Shown one piece after another: positions 34,148 to 44,165 of a DNA stretch of 63,664 nucleotides. Positions within the stretch are counted from its first letter, which is position 1. Every line of letters begins with the position of its first letter. The translations under genes were made by a program, and so were the position numbers. Source of the DNA: Anaerolineae bacterium (GTDB taxonomy: Bacteria > Chloroflexota > Anaerolineae > JAAEKA01); the NCBI GenBank assembly GCA_032111745.1, contig JAULUH010000156.1:1-63664 (forward strand), given 5' to 3'. The notes beneath the pieces were generated by a model. It was not told the DNA's origin and ran no database searches. It saw only the letters and a program-made list of their open reading frames with translations.

Positions 34148-35578
34148 TCAACCCACCCTCTCGACCGGAACAGAGGAGTCCACGTGCCACACCCTGGTCT
34201 GCAAGCCCCTTAGCAGCTCACCTATCCCCAACGCTGCGAACACGATAAGCACCGCGTCCACCGGCAGGCGATAGCGAGTAAAGGCCCAGGTCAGGATGTG
34301 GAGGATGGTGTAGAAGACAATGAACAGGTAGAGCAGTCCGGAGTCCGAGGCCAGGATTGCCCCCGTTCGGGACAGGACCGAGCGCGTGGAGGCGGTTCCG
34401 CCAGCAGCCTGCCACTGAAGCCGCAGATCCACCACCAGCCCATACAGCATGAATGGCAGCATGAGTGCGAACGACCCCACCCGGCCCACGTTGTGGAGCA
34501 GTGTGCTGTCGGCAGTGGGCCAGAACTCGAAGTAGTCACGCACCCGGCTCAGGGATAACAACAGGTACCGCCCCGGATCCGCCAACACGAAGCCAATACC
34601 CCGGCGCAATAGCTCCCTATCCCACTGGGCTTCGTTTAATCCCTGACTTAACAACTCCCCTGGCAGAGGAGCCGCCTCAAACTCCCGAAAACTGGTGCCG
34701 TGCATGGGATGTTGGGCCGAGTACATGGCAAAACCAGTATTGGAGTTGAGCAGCAAAAAACCGCCGTAAACCCAGTAGTTGCGGATGGTGAAAGGTAGTA
34801 TGAAAAGGCCTAGGATCAGGCTGGAGCCGAACACCACACCAGCTGCCCGGCGCAGCACCTTCTGGCGATAGCCTAGCCAGAGCATCCAGATGAACATCAA
34901 TGCCAGCCAGGGCAAAATAGATTGGCGGAACAACGTGGCCACGCCCATCGCCACGCCCAGCAACACCACTTCCTTGACTAGCGATCCCTGGCCCCTGCGT
35001 AGCCCCTGGGCTACGGCGATGGCTCGCTCCAGTGACCAGAGAAGGGCGACAATGTAGAACGTCTCGGTCATCAATGTCGCCGCGTACAATATGAAGTAGA
35101 AATACACCGCGCCCAGTAAAGCCGCCGTCAAGGGCACGGGCTGAGAGATCTCAAGGCGCCCAACCCGCAGCCACGGGATGGCACCGGAGACGGTGCGCCG
35201 GGCCAGGAAATACAGGGCTAAAGGCAATAGAATCCCACCCAACACTGCCTCAGCCAGACGGGCCGCCAGTGGTTGCACGCCAAAAAGCCGGTACACAGCG
35301 GCAACGAACAGCGATTGCAGAAATGACCAATGAGCCGTCGGCGCATCGGCCAGGGTAAAGGGATACCACTGGCGCTCAAAGCTGAAACCATGGCCGGCGA
35401 TAAGACGTGCTCCAAGCGCGTGATAAGAGCGCTGGTCGGTAAGCAATGGCGGCGCATCGACCACGTTGCCCAGGTGAACAGCGATGCCAACTCGCAGTAG
35501 CACCGCCACCACCACCACGACTGTTAGCAGGATACGTCGATGTATAATCCAAGCTCGCTCTGGCAATGATTCGGGCAC
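34148..35578 (-). CDS. GT-C fold membrane glycosyltransferase (GT39/ArnT/PMT_2-like)
   Basis: About 12 TM segments. The first periplasmic loop LTDQRSYHALGARLIAGHGFSF is paralogous to CDS 37860..39257. Confidence 0.75.
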   Translation of the reverse strand: MPESLPERAWIIHRRILLTVVVVVAVLLRVGIAVHLGNVVDAPPLLTDQRSYHALGARLIAGHGFSFERQWYPFTLADAPTAHWSFLQSLFVAAVYRLFGVQPLAARLAEAVLGGILLPLALYFLARRTVSGAIPWLRVGRLEISQPVPLTAALLGAVYFYFILYAATLMTETFYIVALLWSLERAIAVAQGLRRGQGSLVKEVVLLGVAMGVATLFRQSILPWLALMFIWMLWLGYRQKVLRRAAGVVFGSSLILGLFILPFTIRNYWVYGGFLLLNSNTGFAMYSAQHPMHGTSFREFEAAPLPGELLSQGLNEAQWDRELLRRGIGFVLADPGRYLLLSLSRVRDYFEFWPTADSTLLHNVGRVGSFALMLPFMLYGLVVDLRLQWQAAGGTASTRSVLSRTGAILASDSGLLYLFIVFYTILHILTWAFTRYRLPVDAVLIVFAALGIGELLRGLQTRVWHVDSSVPVERVG

Positions 35579-35602
35579 TTCAATATCTCAAGAGAGGCGT
35601 GC

Positions 35603-36721
35603 TCATCCGGCTACTTGCCCGATAAACGCTGCCACCTGGTCGGCATGGGTCTCCAGACTCACCTCCCCAGCCGCAGCCACCAGGGCACCCCTGGCCAGGC
35701 TCTCCCGCCAGGTCTCCTCTGTCACGCACCTGGACAAAGCCTGTTGCAGGGCTTTGGCCTCCGGCTCCACTACCACACCAGTGCTGTCATGGCGCAGGGC
35801 ATCGGGCAAGCCCCGGGAATCGGTTGCCACCACAACTTTGCCCATGGCCATGGCTTCCAGAATCGTTGTAATTCCGGCGGCCTGGAGGGTGTCCCGTAGC
35901 GGCACCACCACCAGCAGCGCCCCGGCATAGAGCTGGCGCAGATCGCGATAGGACAGGGACTGGGTCATGACGGAGACTTGAGGCGGAATCCGGCCGATAC
36001 TGTTGCGCTGGCGGTGCATCCAGGGACTGGAGGGACGGACCAAGACGGGTACATTCATGGAGCGAACGGCGTCGAACAGCAGATCGTAGTTGCGCATCTC
36101 GGCCCCCACGGCGAGGATGTAGGGCGCCCTCCCCGGCAGGTGGGGTTCTGGCCGGTAGAACCGGGTATCCACACCCTGGGAGATCGAGGTCACCGGCGCG
36201 CTCGTGCCGCCGAGCGTCTTTTGGAGGACACTGCGCTGCCACTCCGTCACACAGATCCAGCCATCGATCTTCATGACCGGCCTCAGGATACGAAGCAAAG
36301 CCAACCAGTCAGGGGAAAACACCCGGTGCACGTATACCACGTGGGTATGGGGCAGGCGCGCCAGCCTGAGCGCCAGCGCCACGGGGATACCCCAAGTCTC
36401 GCCGGTGGAGTAGATCACACTCTCCGGGGGCAGCTCGCGCACTCTCGCCATCGCCCGCTGCAGGTTGGCCGATAGCGATCGAGCCACCCGGGATGGCTTT
36501 ATGCCCTGAATGCGCGCCGGTGACGGATACCATTCCTCGATGGTGGTACCAGGAAGACGCTCGGCGATAAGCCGGTAGTCCAGACGCGGCGCCAGCCCCT
36601 GCTCAGCTTCACGAACACGGGTCCTGTCCTCAGGACCAACTACAATGATCATAGACCCTTCAAGGCAACCCATGCAAACATAGTCAGTTGCTCCCGATAC
36701 CCTACGAAACCCCGGGGTCAT
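35603..36721 (-). CDS. Glycosyltransferase family 4
   Basis: LLVVVPLRDTLQAAGITTILEAMAMGKVVVATDSRGLPDAL motif. An alternative start MIIVVGPED at 36652 (GAAGGG SD) is possible. Confidence 0.8.
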   Translation of the reverse strand: MTPGFRRVSGATDYVCMGCLEGSMIIVVGPEDRTRVREAEQGLAPRLDYRLIAERLPGTTIEEWYPSPARIQGIKPSRVARSLSANLQRAMARVRELPPESVIYSTGETWGIPVALALRLARLPHTHVVYVHRVFSPDWLALLRILRPVMKIDGWICVTEWQRSVLQKTLGGTSAPVTSISQGVDTRFYRPEPHLPGRAPYILAVGAEMRNYDLLFDAVRSMNVPVLVRPSSPWMHRQRNSIGRIPPQVSVMTQSLSYRDLRQLYAGALLVVVPLRDTLQAAGITTILEAMAMGKVVVATDSRGLPDALRHDSTGVVVEPEAKALQQALSRCVTEETWRESLARGALVAAAGEVSLETHADQVAAFIGQVAG

Positions 36722-36886
36722 CGCCCTGGTCTCGCCACCGGTCTGAGGCTTTGCCGCCTACGGCCACAAGCAAGATGCCAACACGAGGTCATTCCCCATG
36801 CGGCCGAGGGACAACAGCAGATTGCGGTCCGTATCGACAATCACGAAGGCATCGACTCCGCTCTTCCCCTCTCTACCTCTCACCTC

Positions 36887-37081
36887 TCAGCCAGCCTCAA
36901 TCCACGGCAAGAATACCCCCGCCGGGTTGCCTTCCGCTAGCTTGAGGTGATGGTAGTCGCCGTCGCAATAGCTAAGGCAACGTCGCAATAACTGGGCCGG
37001 CCCCTGGGCATACCCGATTGCTGGCACAGCAGACAGACTCACCACCAGCGTCGCCAGGGTGGCCAGGCTGAGTTTTCGCAT
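36887..37081 (-). CDS. Small secreted peptide (64 aa, 2 Cys), hypothetical
   Basis: Internal ATG of track ORF 36887..37147 with a GAGGA SD. Signal peptide MRKLSLATLATLVVSLSAVPAIGYAQG. Mature ~37 aa: PAQLLRRCLSYCDGDYHHLKLAEGNPAGVFLPWIEAG. Confidence 0.45.
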   Translation of the reverse strand: MRKLSLATLATLVVSLSAVPAIGYAQGPAQLLRRCLSYCDGDYHHLKLAEGNPAGVFLPWIEAG

Positions 37082-37109
37082 GTGTCCTCGCCCCGGTACG
37101 CCTGGAACT

Positions 37110-37838
37110 CTATGGTTCGGCTGCATCATTCCTTGTCTTTCGTGCAACGGCTAGAAGAGAAATGCCGAAAGGTACAGGCAGGGCCCGCTCCAGCCGCTTG
37201 ACCGCCGGCACGACAAGGTTGAATAGACGCAGCTGGCCAGAAGGCGGAGTGTCCTGCTTGCGCACCCTGCCGTTAGCCCACCAGCCCAACGCACCCAAGG
37301 TGTTGATGTACTTCTGAGTCACGGTGTCCAGACCGACCTGCTGAAAAAGGTCGGCCATCATCTGTTTATCGTAGCGCCGATAGTGACCAATAGCCCGGTC
37401 GATGGTGCCATAGAGCCAGGCGTGAGCTGGCACGACGAGGATTAGATGGCCACTTGGCCGCAACACATGCGCTGCGTTGCGCAGGGCCGCCTCGTGATCC
37501 TCGATATGTTCGAACACGTTCAGTGAGAAGACAGTGTCAACGTCGAAACACGCGAACGCCGCAAAGGGGTCGCTGGTGGCATCGGCTTCGAAAACTTGCA
37601 CGTTGGGATAGGCTGTATAGAGCTTGCACACGTGGGTGACGCTCTGTGGCGAGGTCTCCGTACCCACGTACAACTCGCGGTTGACCAAGTAGCGGGCAAA
37701 GTTGCCCAGGCCGCAACCGATCTCCAGGATGCGTTGCCCGAGATAGGGCTCGATCTCCTCGTACAGCCATTGATCAACCTCGTCGATCAACAACCTGTCC
37801 TCACGGACTTTCTGCAGTGCGACCTCGTTGTAGTTCAA
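37110..37838 (-). CDS. Class I SAM-dependent methyltransferase
   Basis: Motif I ILEIGCGLGNFARYL and motif post-I/II FDVDTVFSLNVFEHI. TTG start with AAGGGGA SD. Confidence 0.85.
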   Translation of the reverse strand: MNYNEVALQKVREDRLLIDEVDQWLYEEIEPYLGQRILEIGCGLGNFARYLVNRELYVGTETSPQSVTHVCKLYTAYPNVQVFEADATSDPFAAFACFDVDTVFSLNVFEHIEDHEAALRNAAHVLRPSGHLILVVPAHAWLYGTIDRAIGHYRRYDKQMMADLFQQVGLDTVTQKYINTLGALGWWANGRVRKQDTPPSGQLRLFNLVVPAVKRLERALPVPFGISLLAVARKTRNDAAEP

Positions 37839-37859
37839 GCAGTCCCCTTGGCGTTCAGG

Positions 37860-39257
37860 TTAGGGTCCAGAATGCCTCTGTGCAGAGATAAGAGTTGGCG
37901 TCCTGGCCTTGGAAATGCGCATTGCCAGGTCATAGATTCCATGGGCAGCAAATAGGACAAGAAGAGCATCCACTGGGAGGCGATAACGCACATTGGCCCA
38001 AGAGGCCAGGTGGATCACGGTATAGATCATAATGAGACTCAAGAGCAGCACCACGTACTCGCGAGATAACAGTGGAAGCTTCTGGCCAGCCGGCAGGGAG
38101 GGAACCGGATGTCGCAGCCACTTCGCAGCCAGGTACAGGCCATACAACGCAAAGGGCAAGATAACCCCGAAGCTCAAGACACGTGCCACGTTGCTCACCA
38201 GTGTAGAATCCGCAGTGGGCCAGAAGAGAAAGTACACCGGAACACGGCTTAGAGATAGCATGAGATAACGGACCGGGTCATTGACAACGAACTGCACGCC
38301 CCGTCCCATCAATGCTCGATCGAGTTCTGCCTCATTGAGATTACGCAGTTCCTCCGGGATCAGATCGCCGTAGGTCACCCCAAGCTCTTCGGAGAGTACT
38401 GGCACGAAGCGAGTACCGTAGATGGGATGGTTGCTCCAGAAGAAGGTGAAACCAGCGTTTGTGTTGGGCATGCTCCAGCGCCCAAAAGCCTGGTAGTTGC
38501 GCCAGATGAAGGGTGAGATGGCCAGCGTGGCGACGAACCCGGCAACAGCGAGCGCCCCCAGTGTCGCGGTCAAGCGTTGCCGCGACCGCGACACGAGCAC
38601 CAGCCAGGGTACCAGGACGGCCAGGATGGCCGCTGCCAGCTGCCGCAACAACACGGTGACGGCCATCGCCAGACCTAGCTCCAGACCCAGTATCAGGTAA
38701 CGCCGGCCAGCAAGCGCAGGCCGGGCGGTAGCCTCGGCCAGCCGCATTGACACATCCACGATCCAGAGAATTCCGACGATATAGAAGGCCTCGCTCATTA
38801 GTGAGGCCCCATAGTTGACGAAGTAGAAATAGACGGCTGTCAGACCAGCCGCTATCAAGCCCACTGGCTGGCCAAAAGTGCGGAGGCCGATGCGATAGAT
38901 CAGCCAGGGCGTCAATACACCCACCGCCACCGCCTGGATCAGCCGCGCCACCAACGGATTGTGCCCCACCGTGGCATAGATCGCCGCCAGGAACAGCGTA
39001 TAAAGGTAGGACCAGAACGCAGTGGGCTGGTTAGCCCTGGCATAAGGCCACCAATCTATCGCAAAACTGAATCCATAGCCGTCGATGACCCGCTGGGCCA
39101 GCGCATCGTACGAGACTTGGTCGAAAGTGCCACCTCGGGTCTCTTCCAGGGCATTACCCAGGGCCAGAGCGAGAGCAATGCGTAGAAGCACCGAGAGCAC
39201 CAGAATCGTCGCCAGGATGCCTGCAGGTCTGGTAGCACGAATGCGAAGGGGGGGCAT
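37860..39257 (-). CDS. GT-C fold membrane glycosyltransferase (GT39/ArnT/PMT_2-like)
   Basis: Polytopic protein. TFDQVSYDALAQRVIDGYGFSF loop motif. Paralogue of 34148..35578, including the C-terminal RYRLPVDA motif. Confidence 0.75.
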   Translation of the reverse strand: MPPLRIRATRPAGILATILVLSVLLRIALALALGNALEETRGGTFDQVSYDALAQRVIDGYGFSFAIDWWPYARANQPTAFWSYLYTLFLAAIYATVGHNPLVARLIQAVAVGVLTPWLIYRIGLRTFGQPVGLIAAGLTAVYFYFVNYGASLMSEAFYIVGILWIVDVSMRLAEATARPALAGRRYLILGLELGLAMAVTVLLRQLAAAILAVLVPWLVLVSRSRQRLTATLGALAVAGFVATLAISPFIWRNYQAFGRWSMPNTNAGFTFFWSNHPIYGTRFVPVLSEELGVTYGDLIPEELRNLNEAELDRALMGRGVQFVVNDPVRYLMLSLSRVPVYFLFWPTADSTLVSNVARVLSFGVILPFALYGLYLAAKWLRHPVPSLPAGQKLPLLSREYVVLLLSLIMIYTVIHLASWANVRYRLPVDALLVLFAAHGIYDLAMRISKARTPTLISAQRHSGP

Positions 39258-39263
39258 GGCCGC

Positions 39264-40241
39264 CTACATTTCGCCCAGTTCCAGCAACAGACGCCGATAC
39301 GTGCGGGCGCGGCTGTCCCAAGCTGGAGAAAATCGGGCACCGGCCGCAGCAACGATCCATCGCGGCCAGTAGGCTGCACGCACAAGAGTCTTGAAGCGGT
39401 TGGCCTCGTGCTCACCGCCGAACTTCCGATAAAACTGGATCTTGCTGCGATAGAGCTGCAAGTACATTGCCTCTGCCACCTGCCGGCTGCTGGCTTCACC
39501 GAAGTGAGTAACCTCAGCTTCGGGCACGTACCACAATTCCCAACCGGCCTGGGCCAGCCGATAGCACAGGTCGACCTCCTCCGTATACATGAAATAGCGG
39601 TCATCTAGCACGCCCACCTGATCCAGTGCAGCACGCCGCAGCAGCAGGCAGGCCCCCTTGATCACGTCCACGCGCCGCGGTGTGTGTGTATCCCACTCAG
39701 CCTGAGGATACGTGGCTTGTGGGGAAAGCTGTTCGAGGTAACTCAGGCGCCAGAACTCCCGGCCGGGGGTCAGCATCGGCTGGCACGACAACTGTAGGCT
39801 GCCGTCGTCGTTGAGCAGCCTCGCCCCGGCAGCCCCGGCCTTGGGATTGGCGTCCAAAAACGCCACCAGGGTATGCAGCGCGGCCTCATGCACCTCGGTG
39901 TCGCTGTTCAATAGCAACACGTGGCGACCCTGGCATAGCGCTATGGCCTGGTTATTAGCACGCGCAAAGCCGACGTTGTGGGAGTTCTCGATCAGCCTGA
40001 CCCATGGGAAACGCGCCCGCACCGTCTCTAGACTGCCGTCGGTCGAAGCGTTGTCCACGACGAAGACCTCGGCAAATAGGAAGCCGCGAGCTGGCACCGC
40101 CAGGGCGCCACCGTAGTTCGCTGTCGACGGGATATTCGGGTCTATGAACTGGCTGGCCTGCACCGAATCCAGGCATTGCGCCAGGTATTCGCGCGTGTTC
40201 CAGTTCACGATCACGATAGACAGGTCAGGGCGTCCTGTCAC
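39264..40241 (-). CDS. Glycosyltransferase family 2
   Basis: LSIVIVNWNTREYLAQCLDSV ... VVDNASTDGS ... NVGFARANN motifs. Confidence 0.9.
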   Translation of the reverse strand: MTGRPDLSIVIVNWNTREYLAQCLDSVQASQFIDPNIPSTANYGGALAVPARGFLFAEVFVVDNASTDGSLETVRARFPWVRLIENSHNVGFARANNQAIALCQGRHVLLLNSDTEVHEAALHTLVAFLDANPKAGAAGARLLNDDGSLQLSCQPMLTPGREFWRLSYLEQLSPQATYPQAEWDTHTPRRVDVIKGACLLLRRAALDQVGVLDDRYFMYTEEVDLCYRLAQAGWELWYVPEAEVTHFGEASSRQVAEAMYLQLYRSKIQFYRKFGGEHEANRFKTLVRAAYWPRWIVAAAGARFSPAWDSRARTYRRLLLELGEM

Positions 40242-40245
40242 GCCG

Positions 40246-41652
40246 TCACCCCTCTTGCTCTCCCATATTGTCCAGAGCGACCAGCCCGCCCATGAACAGC
40301 CAGATCAGCACACTGGCCTGGAAGCCAGGAAAGCCAATATTGTAGACGAAGGGGAGGATCCAATCCGCAAACAACATGAGGATCAGCGCGCCAGCGCCAG
40401 CCGCTAGCATGCCGTTCACATAACCAGCCGTGAAACCAACACGGTACTTCCTGCGCAGACGCATACCGAGCAGGCCAATCTCCACGATGAGCCAAACGAA
40501 CAGCGCGAGGCCGACCAGGCCCATATGAGAAAAGACGTCAATATAGTTGTTGTGCGCCGAGAGCGCAACTGAGCTGTAGAAGAGCCTGCCGTAGCTAAGA
40601 GAACCGGTCAGCCCGTAGGGACGATAGGCGGCAGGACCCAGCCCAAGGATCGGATTGCGCATGGTCAGCTCGATGACGCGTTGGTTGAGGGCAAGTCGCG
40701 TGCCGCCGCTCAACTGCCACTCGGCATCACCGCCGGCAAATTCATACACGGCGGGGCCAAGCACGCCAGTAACCGCCAGGGCCACGATCAGCACGATAAC
40801 TAGCCAGCCTAGACGCGGATACCGAAGCCAGAGGAGTGTGCTCAACGCTGTTGCTACTCCCACCCAGTTGGAGACGGCATCTCGCTGATCGATGAAGACG
40901 TAGACTATGCTGGCGACCAGGACAGCCACCAAGAACAGGCGCCATGGCCCAGAGAGTCCCCGATGGAACAACAGCTGCCCGCCCGCCAAGGCGGCCAGCA
41001 GGGTCCATAGGGGCGCTCGGGTAAAGGCAATAGTGGTGAACTCACTTAGCCAGCCGTCTAGGCCAGGTAGGGTACGCAGGATGGCCACACTACCTGCCAC
41101 CAGGAAGAAGGTGGCTGTCAAGCGACGCAACCAGATCTCGTCCTTGACCAGGTTGGCACTCAGCCCGAAGGCAGCCGCAGACAAGGCAAAGATGCTCCAC
41201 TGAGCAATTTGCACTAATGCGAAGTTGCTTTTCCGCGGCACCAGCGGGTCCCAGGTGATGTTTCCAACGGCAAGGGCGAGCAGCCCAACCGCCAGGAACA
41301 GTAGCAACGGCCAGTTGACCCGCGAGGGCACCAGATGAATGCGTCCACGCACCATCAAAGCGAGCAACGCCAGGACCACCAGAGCCGGAATCAGCAGGAC
41401 CGTGAGGTTGAAATTGACCTCGGTGCCGGTACCAAACTCAGCTGGCACCACAAGTGGCACAACCACAAGAGCAAGCAAGCCCAACACCGGGGACTGTAGC
41501 ATGAGCAGTGCTGCCATAGCCGCTACCAGTAGCGCTAGCCATTGGAGGGACGCGCGCAGACCCAGAACGGCTGCTGCCAGCAAGACCATGGCGACGATAA
41601 AAACCGTCCACAAATCGACAGATGGTGCAGTGCGGCGGATATTCTTGATCAT
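40246..41652 (-). CDS. O-antigen ligase/polymerase-like membrane protein (Wzy_C domain)
   Basis: About 12 TM segments and the characteristic loop SAHNNYIDVFSHMGLVGLALFVWLI. Confidence 0.8.
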   Translation of the reverse strand: MIKNIRRTAPSVDLWTVFIVAMVLLAAAVLGLRASLQWLALLVAAMAALLMLQSPVLGLLALVVVPLVVPAEFGTGTEVNFNLTVLLIPALVVLALLALMVRGRIHLVPSRVNWPLLLFLAVGLLALAVGNITWDPLVPRKSNFALVQIAQWSIFALSAAAFGLSANLVKDEIWLRRLTATFFLVAGSVAILRTLPGLDGWLSEFTTIAFTRAPLWTLLAALAGGQLLFHRGLSGPWRLFLVAVLVASIVYVFIDQRDAVSNWVGVATALSTLLWLRYPRLGWLVIVLIVALAVTGVLGPAVYEFAGGDAEWQLSGGTRLALNQRVIELTMRNPILGLGPAAYRPYGLTGSLSYGRLFYSSVALSAHNNYIDVFSHMGLVGLALFVWLIVEIGLLGMRLRRKYRVGFTAGYVNGMLAAGAGALILMLFADWILPFVYNIGFPGFQASVLIWLFMGGLVALDNMGEQEG

Positions 41653-41716
41653 GGGATAGCCATCTTGTGCGCAGGAACTACCAGCTTGTCAGCGAATGCA
41701 TGGGATAGGCTACCGG

Positions 41717-42922
41717 TCATGGCCGGATCGCCTGCTCCACCAATCGCTCCACATGCCAGACAAATCGGCCAGCAATGAAGCGCCAATCATAAGTGGTTTC
41801 TACCAGGCTCCTGGCGTTCCTGACGAGGCGCTGTCGCAATTCCGAGTTCTCCAGTAGCGTAGTCACCTGGCGGGCGAACGATTCTGAGGTGTCTGCCAAC
41901 AGGACATGTTCACCGTCAATGGCCTCGATCCCCTCAACCCCTTTGGACGTCGTGACCACGGGCGTACCCAAGGCCATAGCCTCGAGGATCTTGAGACGGG
42001 TCCCACCGCCTTCACGGAGAGGCACGACGCAGACACTGGCCTCGCCTACTGGCCGGCGGATGTCATCGACATAACCCGTAAGCGCTACCGACTCGTCGAT
42101 TGCCAACCCGGAGAGGTCAACCCCCCGGGTCGAGCCGGTGATAGCCAGTGTTACATCTGGCACGACTTGCTTGATGCGCGAGTAGATCTCGGCCAAGAAG
42201 TATTGCATGGCATCATAGTTTGCATAGTAGCCGAGAGCACCGTTGTAGACCAGCGCTCGATCCCGCGGCTGGACCAGGCCAGGAACATTGTGTTGGCAAT
42301 CTACGCCGTTGGGGATCAGGACAATCCGATCGGCCAAGTGGGGCACCAGGGACCGACTAACCTGGCAATCCTGTTCCGATACCATTGAAATCATGTCGAA
42401 CTTCGGAAACAAGCCAGCCTCGTAGCGACGGGCCTTCTGCGCGCTCACCCAGGTTTGGCCTCGCAACCAAAGCCCGGACGACTGCCCGTGGCGGTCCTGC
42501 ATCCAACGTGTCAGAGAATTGTGTTCTTCCAGCACGCGAGCAATAGAGGAAGGCGCTTCCAGGGCATAGGCTGCCATGACCTCGGTTGAGGCGATAATGA
42601 CGTCAAAGGATTGCCTGTGTAAGGTCTGACGGACCAGCTCACGCATTGCCGGGATAGGACGGGTGAACAGTGGAACTGGCGACAGAAAACGCCTCAGCGT
42701 ACTGGCGCGATTCGTTGCGAAGGGATCCAGGGCAACGACCTGGATATCCCGACAGAACTGCTGTAATTCCCCGGCATCGTGCTCCTTAGCCATATCAAAG
42801 GCGAACGACAGCAGTGTCACCTCGTGGGACTGGCCCAGCGCCCATAGCAAGTGATAGACTCTGATCTTATACCCGATGTCGAGAGGAAAAGGAAACCAGG
42901 TAGCAAGAAACAGAACTCTCAC
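41717..42922 (-). CDS. Glycosyltransferase family 4
   Basis: MRVLFLATWFPFPLD N-terminus and CVVPLREGGGTRLKILEAMALGTPVVTTSKGVEGI. Confidence 0.9.
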   Translation of the reverse strand: MRVLFLATWFPFPLDIGYKIRVYHLLWALGQSHEVTLLSFAFDMAKEHDAGELQQFCRDIQVVALDPFATNRASTLRRFLSPVPLFTRPIPAMRELVRQTLHRQSFDVIIASTEVMAAYALEAPSSIARVLEEHNSLTRWMQDRHGQSSGLWLRGQTWVSAQKARRYEAGLFPKFDMISMVSEQDCQVSRSLVPHLADRIVLIPNGVDCQHNVPGLVQPRDRALVYNGALGYYANYDAMQYFLAEIYSRIKQVVPDVTLAITGSTRGVDLSGLAIDESVALTGYVDDIRRPVGEASVCVVPLREGGGTRLKILEAMALGTPVVTTSKGVEGIEAIDGEHVLLADTSESFARQVTTLLENSELRQRLVRNARSLVETTYDWRFIAGRFVWHVERLVEQAIRP

Positions 42923-42977
42923 AAAAGCACCTTATACCTTCCGTCCATCTGGCTCAGCACTGAGAAACCTAGGCCTG

Positions 42978-44165
42978 CTAGGCCAGTGCTATGCCACTCC
43001 TCTCTTGGATCGCTTGGTCAAGGCGGTCAAGCAACTGCTCGATGTGGGCGCCCGGCCTCCAAGCTACCCTGGCCTTGGCCAGCGCCGTGCGGCCCATACG
43101 CTCCTGATCTTCAGGTGACTCCAGAAGAGTGGACAGGCGCGTGCTTAACTGCTTCACATCACCCGGGGCAATCAGATACCCGGTCTGCTCGCTCTCCAAC
43201 CAGTCGGGCACACCACCAACGGCAAAGGCCACCACGGCGCGGCCACGTGCATATGCCTCGGGACCTATACGGCCATAGGGCTCCGGCCATGCGGACGGCA
43301 TGGCCACAAACGCACATTGCCGGTATAGGTCCTCCAGGTCAGCCTGGTCAACCCAGCCGGCGAATCGGATGCGACGGGCAATTCCTAACTCGCTGGCCAG
43401 ACCTTCGCAGGCCGGTCGCACCGGGCCATCTCCAGCCACGATCAGCTGCCAATCCACCGGCACATCTGCAAGAGCACGAATGAGTTCCAGCAGCCCTTTC
43501 TCTGCCGTCACTCGACCAGCATATAGAATAGTGCTGGGGTCCGAGGGAGACACGTATTCGGGCAGTGCATTGCCGATCAGCACAGGCGCCAGGATACTGA
43601 CTCGCTTCGGTGGCAATCCATTGAATACTAGATGACGGCGCATGAACTGGCTGCCGACAAAGATGTTGGTGTTGTGGTAGGCTTCAATCAGCGAGCGCAC
43701 CGTGCTCAGTTTGCGGATATGACCAACCGGATTGCGACCAAAAGAACATCTCTCGGCATACGCATTAACAAGGCAGCCCGGCCCTGCCTTCCGCTGACAC
43801 ACCTGCCTGGATCGACGCAGGTATAGGGCCAAACCCGGACAGACCAGGTAAGGGCTGTGAACATACGCCACGCTGGGTAGCCGATCGATAATCCAGCGAA
43901 CCACCTGCGGGTCATGCACTACGTGCATATAAGCAACCTCGGGCTGGAAGTTGGCAATCACCCGATCTATGCCCGCAAGAACGGCCTCAGTCCGTGGTTC
44001 CAAGACCTGTACTGTCCCCGGCATTAGGCTATCCGGCTCTTCCGCTGCGAAACTGACCAGATGCGATTCGTGGCCTGCCACCGCCAGGGCGTCAGACACA
44101 TCGCTGATGTAGCCCTCCGCACCGCCAGCGTTAGAACCGTACTGGTTGAAATGCAGGATCCTCAT
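42978..44165 (-). CDS. Glycosyltransferase family 4
   Basis: Start at ATG MRILHFNQYG, overlapping the upstream stop as ATGA. FVAMPSAWPEPYGRIGPEAYARGRAVVAFAVGGVPDWL. Confidence 0.9.
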   Translation of the reverse strand: MRILHFNQYGSNAGGAEGYISDVSDALAVAGHESHLVSFAAEEPDSLMPGTVQVLEPRTEAVLAGIDRVIANFQPEVAYMHVVHDPQVVRWIIDRLPSVAYVHSPYLVCPGLALYLRRSRQVCQRKAGPGCLVNAYAERCSFGRNPVGHIRKLSTVRSLIEAYHNTNIFVGSQFMRRHLVFNGLPPKRVSILAPVLIGNALPEYVSPSDPSTILYAGRVTAEKGLLELIRALADVPVDWQLIVAGDGPVRPACEGLASELGIARRIRFAGWVDQADLEDLYRQCAFVAMPSAWPEPYGRIGPEAYARGRAVVAFAVGGVPDWLESEQTGYLIAPGDVKQLSTRLSTLLESPEDQERMGRTALAKARVAWRPGAHIEQLLDRLDQAIQERSGIALA

